DNA of 61,706 bases from contig NIVC01004076.1 of NCBI GenBank assembly GCA_002269645.1, positions 1-61,706 on the forward strand. The letters are read 5' to 3'. This stretch comes from Macrostomum lignano. Its lineage: Eukaryota. Below the pieces are notes generated by a model. That model did no database searches, was not told where the DNA came from, and saw only the letters and a program-made list of their open reading frames with translations. Shown here one piece after another: positions 9,082-19,331 of the stretch; the first letter of the stretch is position 1, and every line of letters begins with the position of its first letter. Both the position numbers and the translations under genes were made by a program.

Positions 9082-12000
9082 CCGGCTCTGAGCAGCAGCA
9101 GCGGAGCAACCGAGAGCGACAGAGGCCGCTTGTTCGGATCAGCCTCATGCTGGTCTTCATCAACGTCTTCTTTCTGATCACGTCTTTGCCGTGGAGCATC
9201 GGCGCTCTGCTCGAAGTCCAAATTCTAAATAAGCTCAAAGTGAACTTCTTCATATTGATGATGCGGCACTTCAACTCGCTGCTGTACGCGAACAACGCTC
9301 TGTCCTGGGTGTGACGTACTTGATGGGACGGAACTTTCGAGAGGCGTTTTGCCGAGTGTGGCTGTCCCTGTGCTGCTGCTGCTGCGCCTCCTGCCGTCGT
9401 CGCTCCAATTTTGCGTAGAGGGTAAAAATATAGCGCTGAACTAAAATTTCATGTTGCTGAATTAGTCACAATGAGCGTAGATGGCTTATAAATATCAAAG
9501 AAGACAACATTTTTAGTAAAAAAATAATATTTTACTGCATTGTCGATTCAGCTCTGTCCAAATATTGGTCATAGCGTTTCCAGCTGATATCGGCAAAAGA
9601 GTGTGTTTGAGCACGTCAGGAGTCGGGATACGACATCTTAGTGAGCTAGCTACTAGTGACCTAGCCTGAAGGTTAAGCTTCAGGCTTAGGTATAGAAATC
9701 AAGGTTTTGCATAGGGTTTAGGTTTTAGGGTCAAAGCAGTAAAATTGTCTCGGTAAGGTCAGACAGGTTCACAGATAATAAATTACTAGATATTTCACTC
9801 TGCATTGAGTTAAGCCATTTTTTGTGTTATAGTCTATGGCTCAAAAAGTGTCTACTCTTTGGATGAGCGTCAGTGTGCGCATAGCAAGAAAAATTGCTAG
9901 TTGCTCCAAAAAGAATTTTGACGCAAGGCACTGCGTGCCTACGGGTGCACGCATCCATGTTCGTTCACGCTACTAACCAAAGAGTAGTTGCAAAAATCTA
10001 AACAAGAGTGAACTATCTAGGGTTATTGTATCTGTGGACAGGTTTAGTTGTTTAGTTGCATTTAGAATATATGCACCTTTTTTCATTTAAATTACGTCCA
10101 ATCCTTTAGTACTGGTTTTAAGCTGTCATTATGGAATCTCTCAAGATTGGTTGCCTAGGTTTTACGAGTTTAGAGAGCCAGATAGCAAGAGATTTAAACT
10201 TGTAATACATAGCGTCTAATTGACACAATCTGAAGTTTGACAACCTCGTATAAGAGTCATCTAATCGAGCAAGTGCATTTTTGAACTGTTGACTGCCTTT
10301 ATGCTTATCTTTCATCGATACAAAGTGTTAAGGTCAGATTCTCCATAAGTGCACAGAAGCTACAGCAGCCAAGAAAGTTTGGCGCTGACAGCGAAGAAAA
10401 CCTGCAATAAATTCTTCATGACACGATTAGACCTTTTATTTGAGTAGGCCATCCTTGTGTCAAGGCCAAAGTATAGACCAATTTGAGTTCAGTTCCTCCA
10501 TGCCTTTAGCTCGGATATAGTATTAAGTCGGAAGAACGAAACCGCGGATAGCAAATATCGTCCATAAATGTGATTATCAGCTTATCAGCTGCCAAAATTG
10601 TCACCTTAACTCAGCTAACGTACATGTAGAACCAGAGGATTCCGCCAGCAAGACATTATTTGTAGCCGATCTGGAACTTAATTGGTCTAAAAGTATAGCT
10701 ATAACCACAATGGATCAAGAGGGCCAGAGAACTTTAATTGCAATAATAGCGAGGGTACCATAGATGGAAATTGCGGAGGTGACAGAGAAGAACAAAAGAG
10801 TCATTAAACACAGTAGATAGTACGTTTGGATGCCTTCGATACCGAGCTGATATGAGCGAGGACAAGAAAAATTTATGAAACAACTTTGCAAGCACCGTAT
10901 CGAAACAATTGTTGTGTGCTGCACTTCGGTATACTACAAGGGCACTCCGTCCTATGCGTGTACTCTTACTGGATTTTCTTTGTTTATTTACTCTAATTGT
11001 TTTGGCGTCTCGGCTCTGGCTGGTTGGCGGCGGGCCCCGGGCTGAGACTTTGTGACTTCCCCGTCAGGTGTCGCCAGCTGATTGGTTGAGCCAGGCGTTT
11101 TTGTCTCTCCCGCTGTTACTGTAACTTTTTTGCTGCTCTCTGATTGGCTAGGGGTGATGGGCGCTGGGTGTCCCTCCCCCCGGGCAGGGTGGTGGGCTGG
11201 AAGGTGTGAGCCGTTTTTAGATCCGTACATGCTGTTGAAACCCGCGGATTTTGAACCCGTGGAATTCTAATCCTCGGAACTATTTTTGCATGTATTCTAG
11301 AATCTGAAGTCATACTAAAAAAAACTTGTTAATAGTTAGGATAGAGGTACGTAAATATAAAATGGTGTAAATTCGTGCAAAATTAAAATTTTTGGCAAGC
11401 ATTGATCTCGTTGGCTAGGGTGCTGCGCAGAATGTCAGGCAATGTCTGTCTAAAACATGTACGAGCTATTGGCAAACTCTGGCCTCTGCCTCTGCCTGTA
11501 CGTCCCTCGGATCCTTGAAAACTTCTATCCTCTCTAGGGAATTCGTCCCTGGGGACACTCGCCGGGGACCCCGGGGAATTTTCACAAAAACCTACCCGGG
11601 GAATTCGTATCGGGGACCCCGCGGGCAAATAGGAAAGTGAAGTAGTCACGGAAATTGATGTAGCAACATTGTTAAAGCTGTGTGCAATTAATTTTAAATG
11701 ATAATGCATATACATAGTAGTGTGTACTCGTAGATTAAAAATTGCCTTAATATATAGCCGTGAGTTAACAACTTCGGGTTGGCAATCTGCAGTACATATA
11801 ACAGCATGACAGTCTATAAAGACAATAGCTATATTTTACTCAGACTACGCTCCATACTGTTTTTTACTCATCATTCAATATTCTTCTCATTGTATGACTT
11901 TTTGTAGTTTTTTTACTGCTTCTAGCAAATCTAATAAAATTCTAACAATGTATATGTTGTTTAACCTGTGTGAATAGTATTTTTTTCGTTTTTTGCTTGC

Positions 12001-12491
12001 AATCATTTAAGATGGAAATGTGACTGACTAACTGTCCAGTGTCCAGTCCCAGTGTCCACGCATGCAAATGCAAAAAAAATTATCTCATCTTTAGAAGAGA
12101 TAAAATTTCTACATCCGTACAGTACCTAGCCAGTACCTCCCCATACGCCGGCCTGTGCGTCTCGATGCTGCGCTGAGTGTGACCGTCATTATAGCGCCCC
12201 AACCACCGGGCATTGCGAGCACTCGCGTCCTGACGCAGGCGAGTAAGGACCCAGATACTAGCAGAGTACCCTGTTCGCCCTCAAGGACCACCGAGGTTAG
12301 GGGTCAGGAATACAACACAATGCATAGATACAACATTTCGGGTTCTTCTCTGTGAAAAAAAACAGAAAATCAGTAGCCAGTAAATCAGTAGCCAATGATA
12401 ACTGGCCAAGCATGTAACGCAAGGAATCGGCTTATTCAGCAGTCTGTCATTGGCTGGCAAGAGTCGGTGGAAATTTATTCATTCAGAGAAG

Positions 12492-12503
12492 TATATATAT
12501 AAG
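12492..12503 (+). promoter_or_regulatory. Candidate TATA box of GPCR paralogue 2
   Basis: TATATATATAAG about 60 nt upstream of ATG 12561. Confidence 0.4.
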
Positions 12504-12560
12504 TAGCCCCAAACTGAGCCCTCAAGACAAGTTAGCTAAGCCACAATTCAGATTTTCATC

Positions 12561-13613
12561 ATGAACAGCACCGACAATACTACTCATGTAGCAAATAAGC
12601 CATGGTTCCACGACCCCACCTGGAACTGGTTCATCTGGAACGTCTTCGTCTGGCTCTTTCCGCTGCTCTGTCTGGTCGGAGCGGTTGCGAACGCCGTCTC
12701 CTTCTACGTGATCGTGTCCAACAGGAAGTCGTTTCCCTACGTCACCAGGCAGTACCTCACCATCATCACTGCCAGTGACTTTCTCATTCTCACGTGCAAA
12801 GTGAGCACTCACTACTTTGGCTACATGGCATTCTACGTGAAGACGAACAAGTGGACCTGGTTCACTTTTCCAAGAGCCTGGGGACTCGCTTGGTGCATTG
12901 TGTACGACTTCTTTACATACTATGCAGTCATGGGTGTTCAGTTTTTTCAACTGGGCCTCATGGCGGATCGGCTGATTGCAGTAGCGGCTCCGATGAAGGC
13001 CAAGGTGATTCTGACTCACCGCAGAAGCTGGCTGATGCTGAGCCTCATCACTGCAATGTCACTGCTATTGCCGATCCTGTTCGTCGCGAATAGGAGGTGG
13101 AACGACGACACAAACTCGTGCGTTCTACGCAGTAAAGACTATTTAGTGAACGTGTACCAGCCGGCCGAGTTCTACTTCGGCAGGGTGTTCCTCGTTCTGG
13201 CGCTGACGTCGGGCACGGTGGCCATCTGCGTGCTGCTGGCCTGGAACAACAGGACCGCTCGGCGAATGCACTCCGACTCGGCCGGCTCTGAGCAGCAGCA
13301 GCGAAGCAACCGAGAGCGACAGAGGTCGCTTGTTCGGATCAGCCTCATGCTGGTCTTCATCAACGTCTTCTTTCTGATCACGTCTCTGCCGTGGAGTGTA
13401 AGCGCCCTGCTAGAGCGCGAGATCATCGAGCGCATGGGAGAGAAGTTCAACTCTATCATATTGTTTCACTTCAACTCGCTGCTGTACGCGAACAACGCTC
13501 TGTCCTGGGTGACGTACTTGATGGGACGGAACTTTCGAGAGGCGTTTCGCCGAGTGTGGCTGTCCCTGTGCTTCTGCTGCTGCGCTGCCTTCCGTCGTCG
13601 AGTGGACACTTAG
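12561..13613 (+). CDS. Class A (rhodopsin-like) 7TM GPCR, peptide-receptor-like, intronless (paralogue 2, 350 aa)
   Basis: Seven hydrophobic segments, N-terminal N-glycosylation sequons, TM1 GxxAN, TM2 ASDFL, DRL in place of DRY, Cys near TM3 and in ECL2, TM6 LPW, and a Cys-rich C-tail. Confidence 0.92.
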   Translation: MNSTDNTTHVANKPWFHDPTWNWFIWNVFVWLFPLLCLVGAVANAVSFYVIVSNRKSFPYVTRQYLTIITASDFLILTCKVSTHYFGYMAFYVKTNKWTWFTFPRAWGLAWCIVYDFFTYYAVMGVQFFQLGLMADRLIAVAAPMKAKVILTHRRSWLMLSLITAMSLLLPILFVANRRWNDDTNSCVLRSKDYLVNVYQPAEFYFGRVFLVLALTSGTVAICVLLAWNNRTARRMHSDSAGSEQQQRSNRERQRSLVRISLMLVFINVFFLITSLPWSVSALLEREIIERMGEKFNSIILFHFNSLLYANNALSWVTYLMGRNFREAFRRVWLSLCFCCCAAFRRRVDT

Positions 13614-14110
13614 GGCAGCAGCTCGACGGCCAGCACTCGGCAGGGCGCTCGTTGGAGCCCAAAACCTGACTTGGAGGCTGATACCTAACACCTATTTAGC
13701 TCGTTTGATGGACTAACTGGATCGCTTTAGAGCAGCTTGACTTGCACCGATTTTTCATCGCAATCAGTGCATGCGAACAAAAGTGGCTGCAGTCTGCGGT
13801 TGATGGCACTGGTATTGAGATAATTCAAAAGCAAACTGCAGCTAGGTGTATGCGTTGTAGTTTAATGAAAAATGATTGATTGAAGCCTCTTTTTTGTCGA
13901 GTGCAAATAAGTATAGCTAAGTATAGCTACGATAGGAATTCAAATTGCGAAGCCCAGAGACGAGAAAGAATGCTAGTACGGCATAAAAAAAAATGACGTC
14001 GAAGAAAGCGAAAAACGATTTTGCTCTGCGCGCATTGCAAATAACTATTGCTGTGTGCCCATGGCAACTATTACCAAGTTCCTTTCAGTCTCTGTCTGCA
14101 CTAGTAAATA

Positions 14111-14855
14111 TAGCTTTTTGCAGCCCATTTGAGCCTACGCGCACTAAATTTAATCTAAGATACGTTTGCCAATGTAACGGAGCTTTTGTCTATGGTAGCA
14201 AGGCTGCCACAGCGGCATTTGATTTGGTCCAACAAGCATCAATTTGGTCCAAACCTCGTGAGCCATTCGGGAAATTCTTGCCTTCTCGCAACCGTCTGCA
14301 GTTTGTTCCGTACCGCTGGAATGTCAGCGTCTCTACCAACAATTTTCAGTCGCTTTTTCATAGCCCTGCCAATAGTCGAAATCCGATAACCAACTGTAGC
14401 TGTTCCTTCAACTTCTGCTGCATTTTTGCTCCGTTAACAAAGGGTTCGTCTCAACTGCATCGAGTAGCAGTTGGACCTGAGGCTCTCGCAACTTGCCTTG
14501 GCGATTTCCACCCTTTCGCAGGCGACCTCTGCCGCCAGTGGTTTCAACGCGCTGATGGATGCTGTAAACCATCTTTTCTGCAGCCTCGCAATGTTTTTTT
14601 GGTGTTCACCTCTGTCGAGTGCTTCGATCACAAGCCAATGGTTCGACAGCCTAGCACATGGTCCACAATTCTGGGGCTGATCTTGCTCCTCCGCAGCAGT
14701 TGCAAATGAAGCTATGGACCGAATTGATGCTTGTTGGATCAAATGAAATGCTGCTGTGCCAGCCTTGCTACCATAGACAAAAGCTCCGTTACATTGGCAA
14801 ACGTATCTTGGATTAACTCCAATGCGCGTAAGCCCAAATGGGCTGCAAAAAGCTA
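14111..14855 (-). mobile_element. Deleted IS630-Tc1-mariner-like element with 141-bp TIRs
   Basis: Arms 14111-14251 and 14715-14855 are imperfect reverse complements, with TA at both outer ends. The minus-strand interior gives frameshifted pieces GGNRQGKLREPQVQLLLDAVETNPLLT and ISTIGRAMKKRLKI...RNKLQTVARRQEF, resembling ITm N-terminal HTH regions. Confidence 0.55.
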
Positions 14856-16172
14856 TTTTTGTGTGACTCGTAAACCTAAGCTGCAGCTTTTAGAGAAAAA
14901 CCAACACTAATTAGCACCTAATACACTTTTCCCTGTAAATTATTTGATGCTATATTCTAATGATATTCATCGACTCTATCAACTGATTTATGCAACATTT
15001 ATCCAGGACTTACAGCCATTACTATACAAAAAGTCAGTATCCATGCCCTTTTGCGAGCGCGTAAAAACCCTTTAACAATGAGAGTTTTATTCAGTCCAAA
15101 TGCATAAATTTTGCTCCAAGTGAGCCGGTTAAAAGAAAAATCTGCGATTACTTTTTTGGAAAAGACTTTCAGAAACTTTTCCTGATTAAGACAAAAATCT
15201 GGTTCCGTCAGAATTGAACGGCAAACAGTCCGCTTGTCAGCATTGTCCGCCCAACTCCGGATAAACCGGCTGAATCGTTCTTAGCAAAGAGTTTTTTCTC
15301 TCCGGCTTGTATCGATTTATACGTTTGTTTTACTAGGCCATGCTTCCTGTGGAGTTCAACTATTGAGCAACTCAAGTTTCTGTTGACGCACGATTAACTG
15401 ACTCTTGCTGACACGTCAATTAAAACTTATTTGCACCAATGAGGAAGTAATTTCTAAAGACAAAGAGTTACCTTTAAAAATGACGATTTGTCGAATGCTG
15501 AGATAATTTCCGTAGCATTGTCGCAGCCTGACTTACGACTGATTCCCGTCGCCAAGCTAAACAGCTTTTTGTGTGCCGCACTGCCACCTACCCAAGCTTG
15601 TCTTCCAAGCGACCCCTATCATCTTCGTCCATCTTGTTGATTGAAGTTCAAGACTTGCACAGCAGCCGTGGCGACTTGTAGCTACCTGTGAGATCAAGGT
15701 GGGTCGATGATTTTTGCAGCCATCTAAAGGCCATGCATAGTTTGGAACGCGTTTTTGCGCGAGGCTCTGTCTGCAGTTTATTTCGTTCTTTCTGATCGTT
15801 TCTGTCTGATTCCTGTTTAGTTCCTTCGTGGCCTTTGAGCCTCTTTTTGTTTGGTTGTGCGTTTGAAAGACTTAATGACGGGTATCTGGCCCCGCTGATC
15901 GAATTCTTGTGCTAGTTTGATGCATTTCGTTTTCTTATTGCGAAGTAGACGCAATTGCGAATGAAGTCTCATTGCTAAGGGACTTCCACATGGACATACT
16001 TGCTAGAGAATGAAGAGTTACACAACTAAAAAAACAATTAAAAACCGAAATTGCTACTTTAAGTAAAATATTAAAATATCTGAGCATTAATCTTTAGACA
16101 ATAAAAGTGGAATCAGTAAAGTCTCACCTTTTCCAACTTATCAAATGCGCTCATATTCAGCAAAGCAAGCGA

Positions 16173-16968
16173 TTCTCATTCTCACGTGCAAGGTGAGCAC
16201 TCACTACTTTGGCTACATGGCATTCTACGTGAAGACGAACAAGTGGACCTGGTTCACTAATTCGAGAGGTTGGGGACTCGCTTGGTGCCTTGTGTACGAC
16301 TTCTTCACCTACTATGGGCTGGTAGGATCCCAGTTCTTTCAACTGGGTCTCACGGTAGATCGGCTGATTGCGGTAGCGGCTCCGATGAAGGCCAAGGTGA
16401 TTCTGACACATCGGAGAAGCTGGGTAATGCTGAGCATGTTCATGTTCATGTTCGTCGCGAATCGGACGTGGAACGACGCCACTAACAACTGTGGATTACG
16501 AAGTGTCAACTATCTAGTGAACGTGTACCAGCCGGCCGAGTTCTACTTCGGCAGGGTGTTCCTCGTTCTGGCGCTGACGTCGGGCACGGTGGCCATCTGC
16601 GTGCTGCTGGCCTGGAACAACAGGACCGCTCGGCGAATGCACTCCGACTCGGCCGGCTCTGAGCAGCAGCAGCGAAGCAACCGAGAGCGACAGAGGTCGC
16701 TTGTTCGGATCAGCCTCATGCTGGTCTTCATCAACGTCTTCTTTCTGATCACGTCTCTGCCGTGGAGCATCGGCGCTCTACTAGAAGACCAGCTGGTTAC
16801 TGAACTTGGAGCAACCCTTTCATATTCAACTCGCTGCTGTACGCGAACAATGCTCTGTCCTGGGTGACCTACTTGATGGGACGGAACTTCCGAGAGGCTT
16901 TTCGCCGAGTTTGGCTGTCCCTGTGCTGCTGCTGCTGCGCCGCCTTCCGTCGTCGAGTGGACACTTAG
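16173..16968 (+). pseudogene. GPCR paralogue 3, 5'-truncated with TM4 and TM7 deletions
   Basis: Starts inside TM2. TM4 is collapsed into ATGTTC repeats near 16435. A deletion and frameshift occur near 16812-16825. Otherwise it is nearly identical to paralogues 2 and 4. Confidence 0.92.
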
Positions 16969-17408
16969 GGCAGCAGCTCGACGGCGAGCGTTCGTTAGGA
17001 CTCAGACCGAGCATGATTGCAGGGTCTTTAAGCTGCTTGACTTGTGGACTGACAGAATTTTTAATACGTTTTCGAGAATCAAAGCAATCTTTATTTCTTT
17101 TTTGACTTCAGCTTTAATGACAAATTTTCTGTAAATCACTATTTATTACTCTTTACTGGCTATTTTCTGTTCTTTTTTCTTCTGGCTGTGCTCAGTTCGT
17201 TAGCGCTTTTGCCGCCCGAAATGGAAAGTTAATCATGCTAATTGGCTGTCAGCTGCTGAGTTTGTCTGCTTGTGAAAGCCGCTTTGAGGAGCGACAAATC
17301 AAGCTGAGATGCAATTAACCTGGCTGTTATCTTTAACCTGGCTGGATGAAACTGTAAACTTCTTGCAGTGCAAAAGCAGCGCGATGTAAGAGTGTTGTGT
17401 CTGGTAAC

Positions 17409-17667
17409 TGATGTATTTGTCTTGTTGCAGATTATCTCTTATGGCTGATATTGCTTTTTATTTGTCATGCGATTACGAAAGCTTTGGGCCGAAGAAAAAC
17501 TTAGAGAGAAGACGCGCTCGGGGGGAGGCAATACGAGGGTTTTAAGGTCGTGGTCATAGACATAAGTGAATGGGGACTACTACAGTTAGCACGTAATAAA
17601 AAGGGGACGAAACTTGCAAAGTACGAGTATGGGCTACAATTATTAAGTGCATTTGCCATGCACTTCA
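17409..17667 (-). repeat. 3' LTR (~259 bp, TG...CA)
   Basis: Minus strand begins TGAAG right after the PPT, contains AATAAA, and ends ...TACATCA. Confidence 0.65.
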
Positions 17668-18460
17668 TGTCCCCCTCCAAATGGGAACATTGGACAAGCA
17701 TAACAAAACAGTTTAAATATGTCAGTAAACAGTAAACGCACGCCAACTAGTGTCAATCTTAGCTAGTTCATGCCATAGCGAGTTTATGGCGCAAATCTGT
17801 TAGGTTGCTGCCTAATGCGTGAGCTTCGTCTCAGCGTAGACGTTGGATGCTGTCCATCGTCATCCGGGGTCGTTGCCGGTGTAGCATCACCCTCTTCCTC
17901 CTCGCCATCGTCGATGTCAGCACCATGGTATGGAGCGATTTGGTTGGTGCTAGCAAACTGTAGGCGGCCATTCGCCAAAACCCAGGCTGTGTTGCGTCCC
18001 GCGGTCATCAGGAATTTCGCGGGCTGCCCAACTGCATCGGATGGTTTGTACAGCACAGACTCGCCTTGGTCAAACGCTGAAACCACGGGAACCCGCAGTT
18101 TTCGTCCAAAAGTTGCGGTGATGCATCAGTACCTTCTGCAGAAAAGGGATGAACGGCAGACGGGTGATGCGCTCAGTCCAGGAGCGCAGTGCAGCCTTCA
18201 CGGTTTGAACCGCTCGTTCCGCTGCTCCGTTCGCTTGAGGATAGTATGGAGGGGATTCTAGTTTTGTCACGCCATTAGCTTTCAGCCAGGTGCCAACAGG
18301 ATCGCCTGTGAATTCTGGAGCGTTGTCTGACACCACAGTTTCGGATACGCCAAACCGAGTGAACACAGTGCGCAAAGAAGCGATGACGTTTTCGCCCGAC
18401 CGACTGGGACAGGGGAATGCTTCAATCCACCCAGAGAAGGCGTCCACTATGCACTTCAAA
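17409..18460 (-). mobile_element. 5'-truncated Gypsy (Ty3) LTR retrotransposon: integrase, PPT and 3' LTR
   Basis: Integrase core VDAFSGWIEAF...VVSDNAPEF...YYPQANGAAERAVQT (D,D35E), with a frameshifted C-terminus at 17784-18086. The polypurine tract GGAGGGGGACA (17668-17678) directly abuts the LTR. Confidence 0.85.
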
Positions 18461-19331
18461 GAGTGAGAGCGCTATTTAATACAGGAAACAAAACTGTCGT
18501 ATACATGCAGAAACAATAACGATTCGTTTTCTATAAGAATGAGGGCAAAAGTCGGAAGTGAAAGGCTAACCAACCAAACAAAATTATTTACAACTGACAA
18601 AACTTTTAAAGGTAGCCAGGGTAAATCGATCGCTCTCATTTAAACAAAAGTTATGTTAAAGTACGAAAGCTGATTAAGCGATTGCTTCAACACCACAGCA
18701 ATACGAAGAAAGTTAATTAAAAAATAAATAAATAATTGAATACTTGCAGAGAAATCAGATTCCTGTAACGTGTAAATCAGATTTTACATGTGCGTACATA
18801 TTCCGAGAAACCATAAGTCATTGCAGCACAGTTTTATCGTGCGTCTGCATCAGCAATCAAGAATTCATCTAGATCCACAACAGAACTGAAACTCGTCAAG
18901 CCAGTGGGTGCAATCACAATTCGCAATCAATAAGACTGGCAATGTGTCACGGTTTGTAAAAGCGAACAATTTATGAAAAAGCGATACAATCCTACTAAAT
19001 TAGTCACTCGACTTTGTAAGCTTTTCTTAAAAGCACTTTAAAATTAAACTGCCTACAAAGAAAAGCGTATTGAGGTTGTTTAGCTACTGCAGTGGAGCTG
19101 GTGATACACAAATACCTCTCGATCAGGACTGCAAATTGGACAGAAAGACCGACATGAACGAAGCCAGTCAGCAAACGGCCGGGGCGCAACGCGATGAAAC
19201 AACCATGAGAGCATCATGATGCACCAAAAACTGACTTTCGAAGCACTTGAGCCTATGCTAAAGGATCTGCGCTGCAATAACCAGCTATATAATGGGTTGG
19301 TATCACCCAGCAACTCTCTAGAGACTTTAGA

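Larger units (their letters stand above)
3411..9403 (+). pseudogene. GPCR paralogue 1, 5'-truncated and split by the transposon nest (pieces 3411-3545 and 9082-9403)
   Basis: 3411-3545 is near-identical to the TM5/ICL3 DNA of the intact copies. The sequence resumes at 9082 (CCGGCTCTGAGCAGCAG). An extra GT near 9311 (GGGTGTGACG vs GGGTGACG) shifts the frame. Confidence 0.9.

Noticed and set aside
12110-12320. Possible solo LTR upstream of GPCR 2
   Set aside because: No clean TG...CA pair with TSD and no partner copy.
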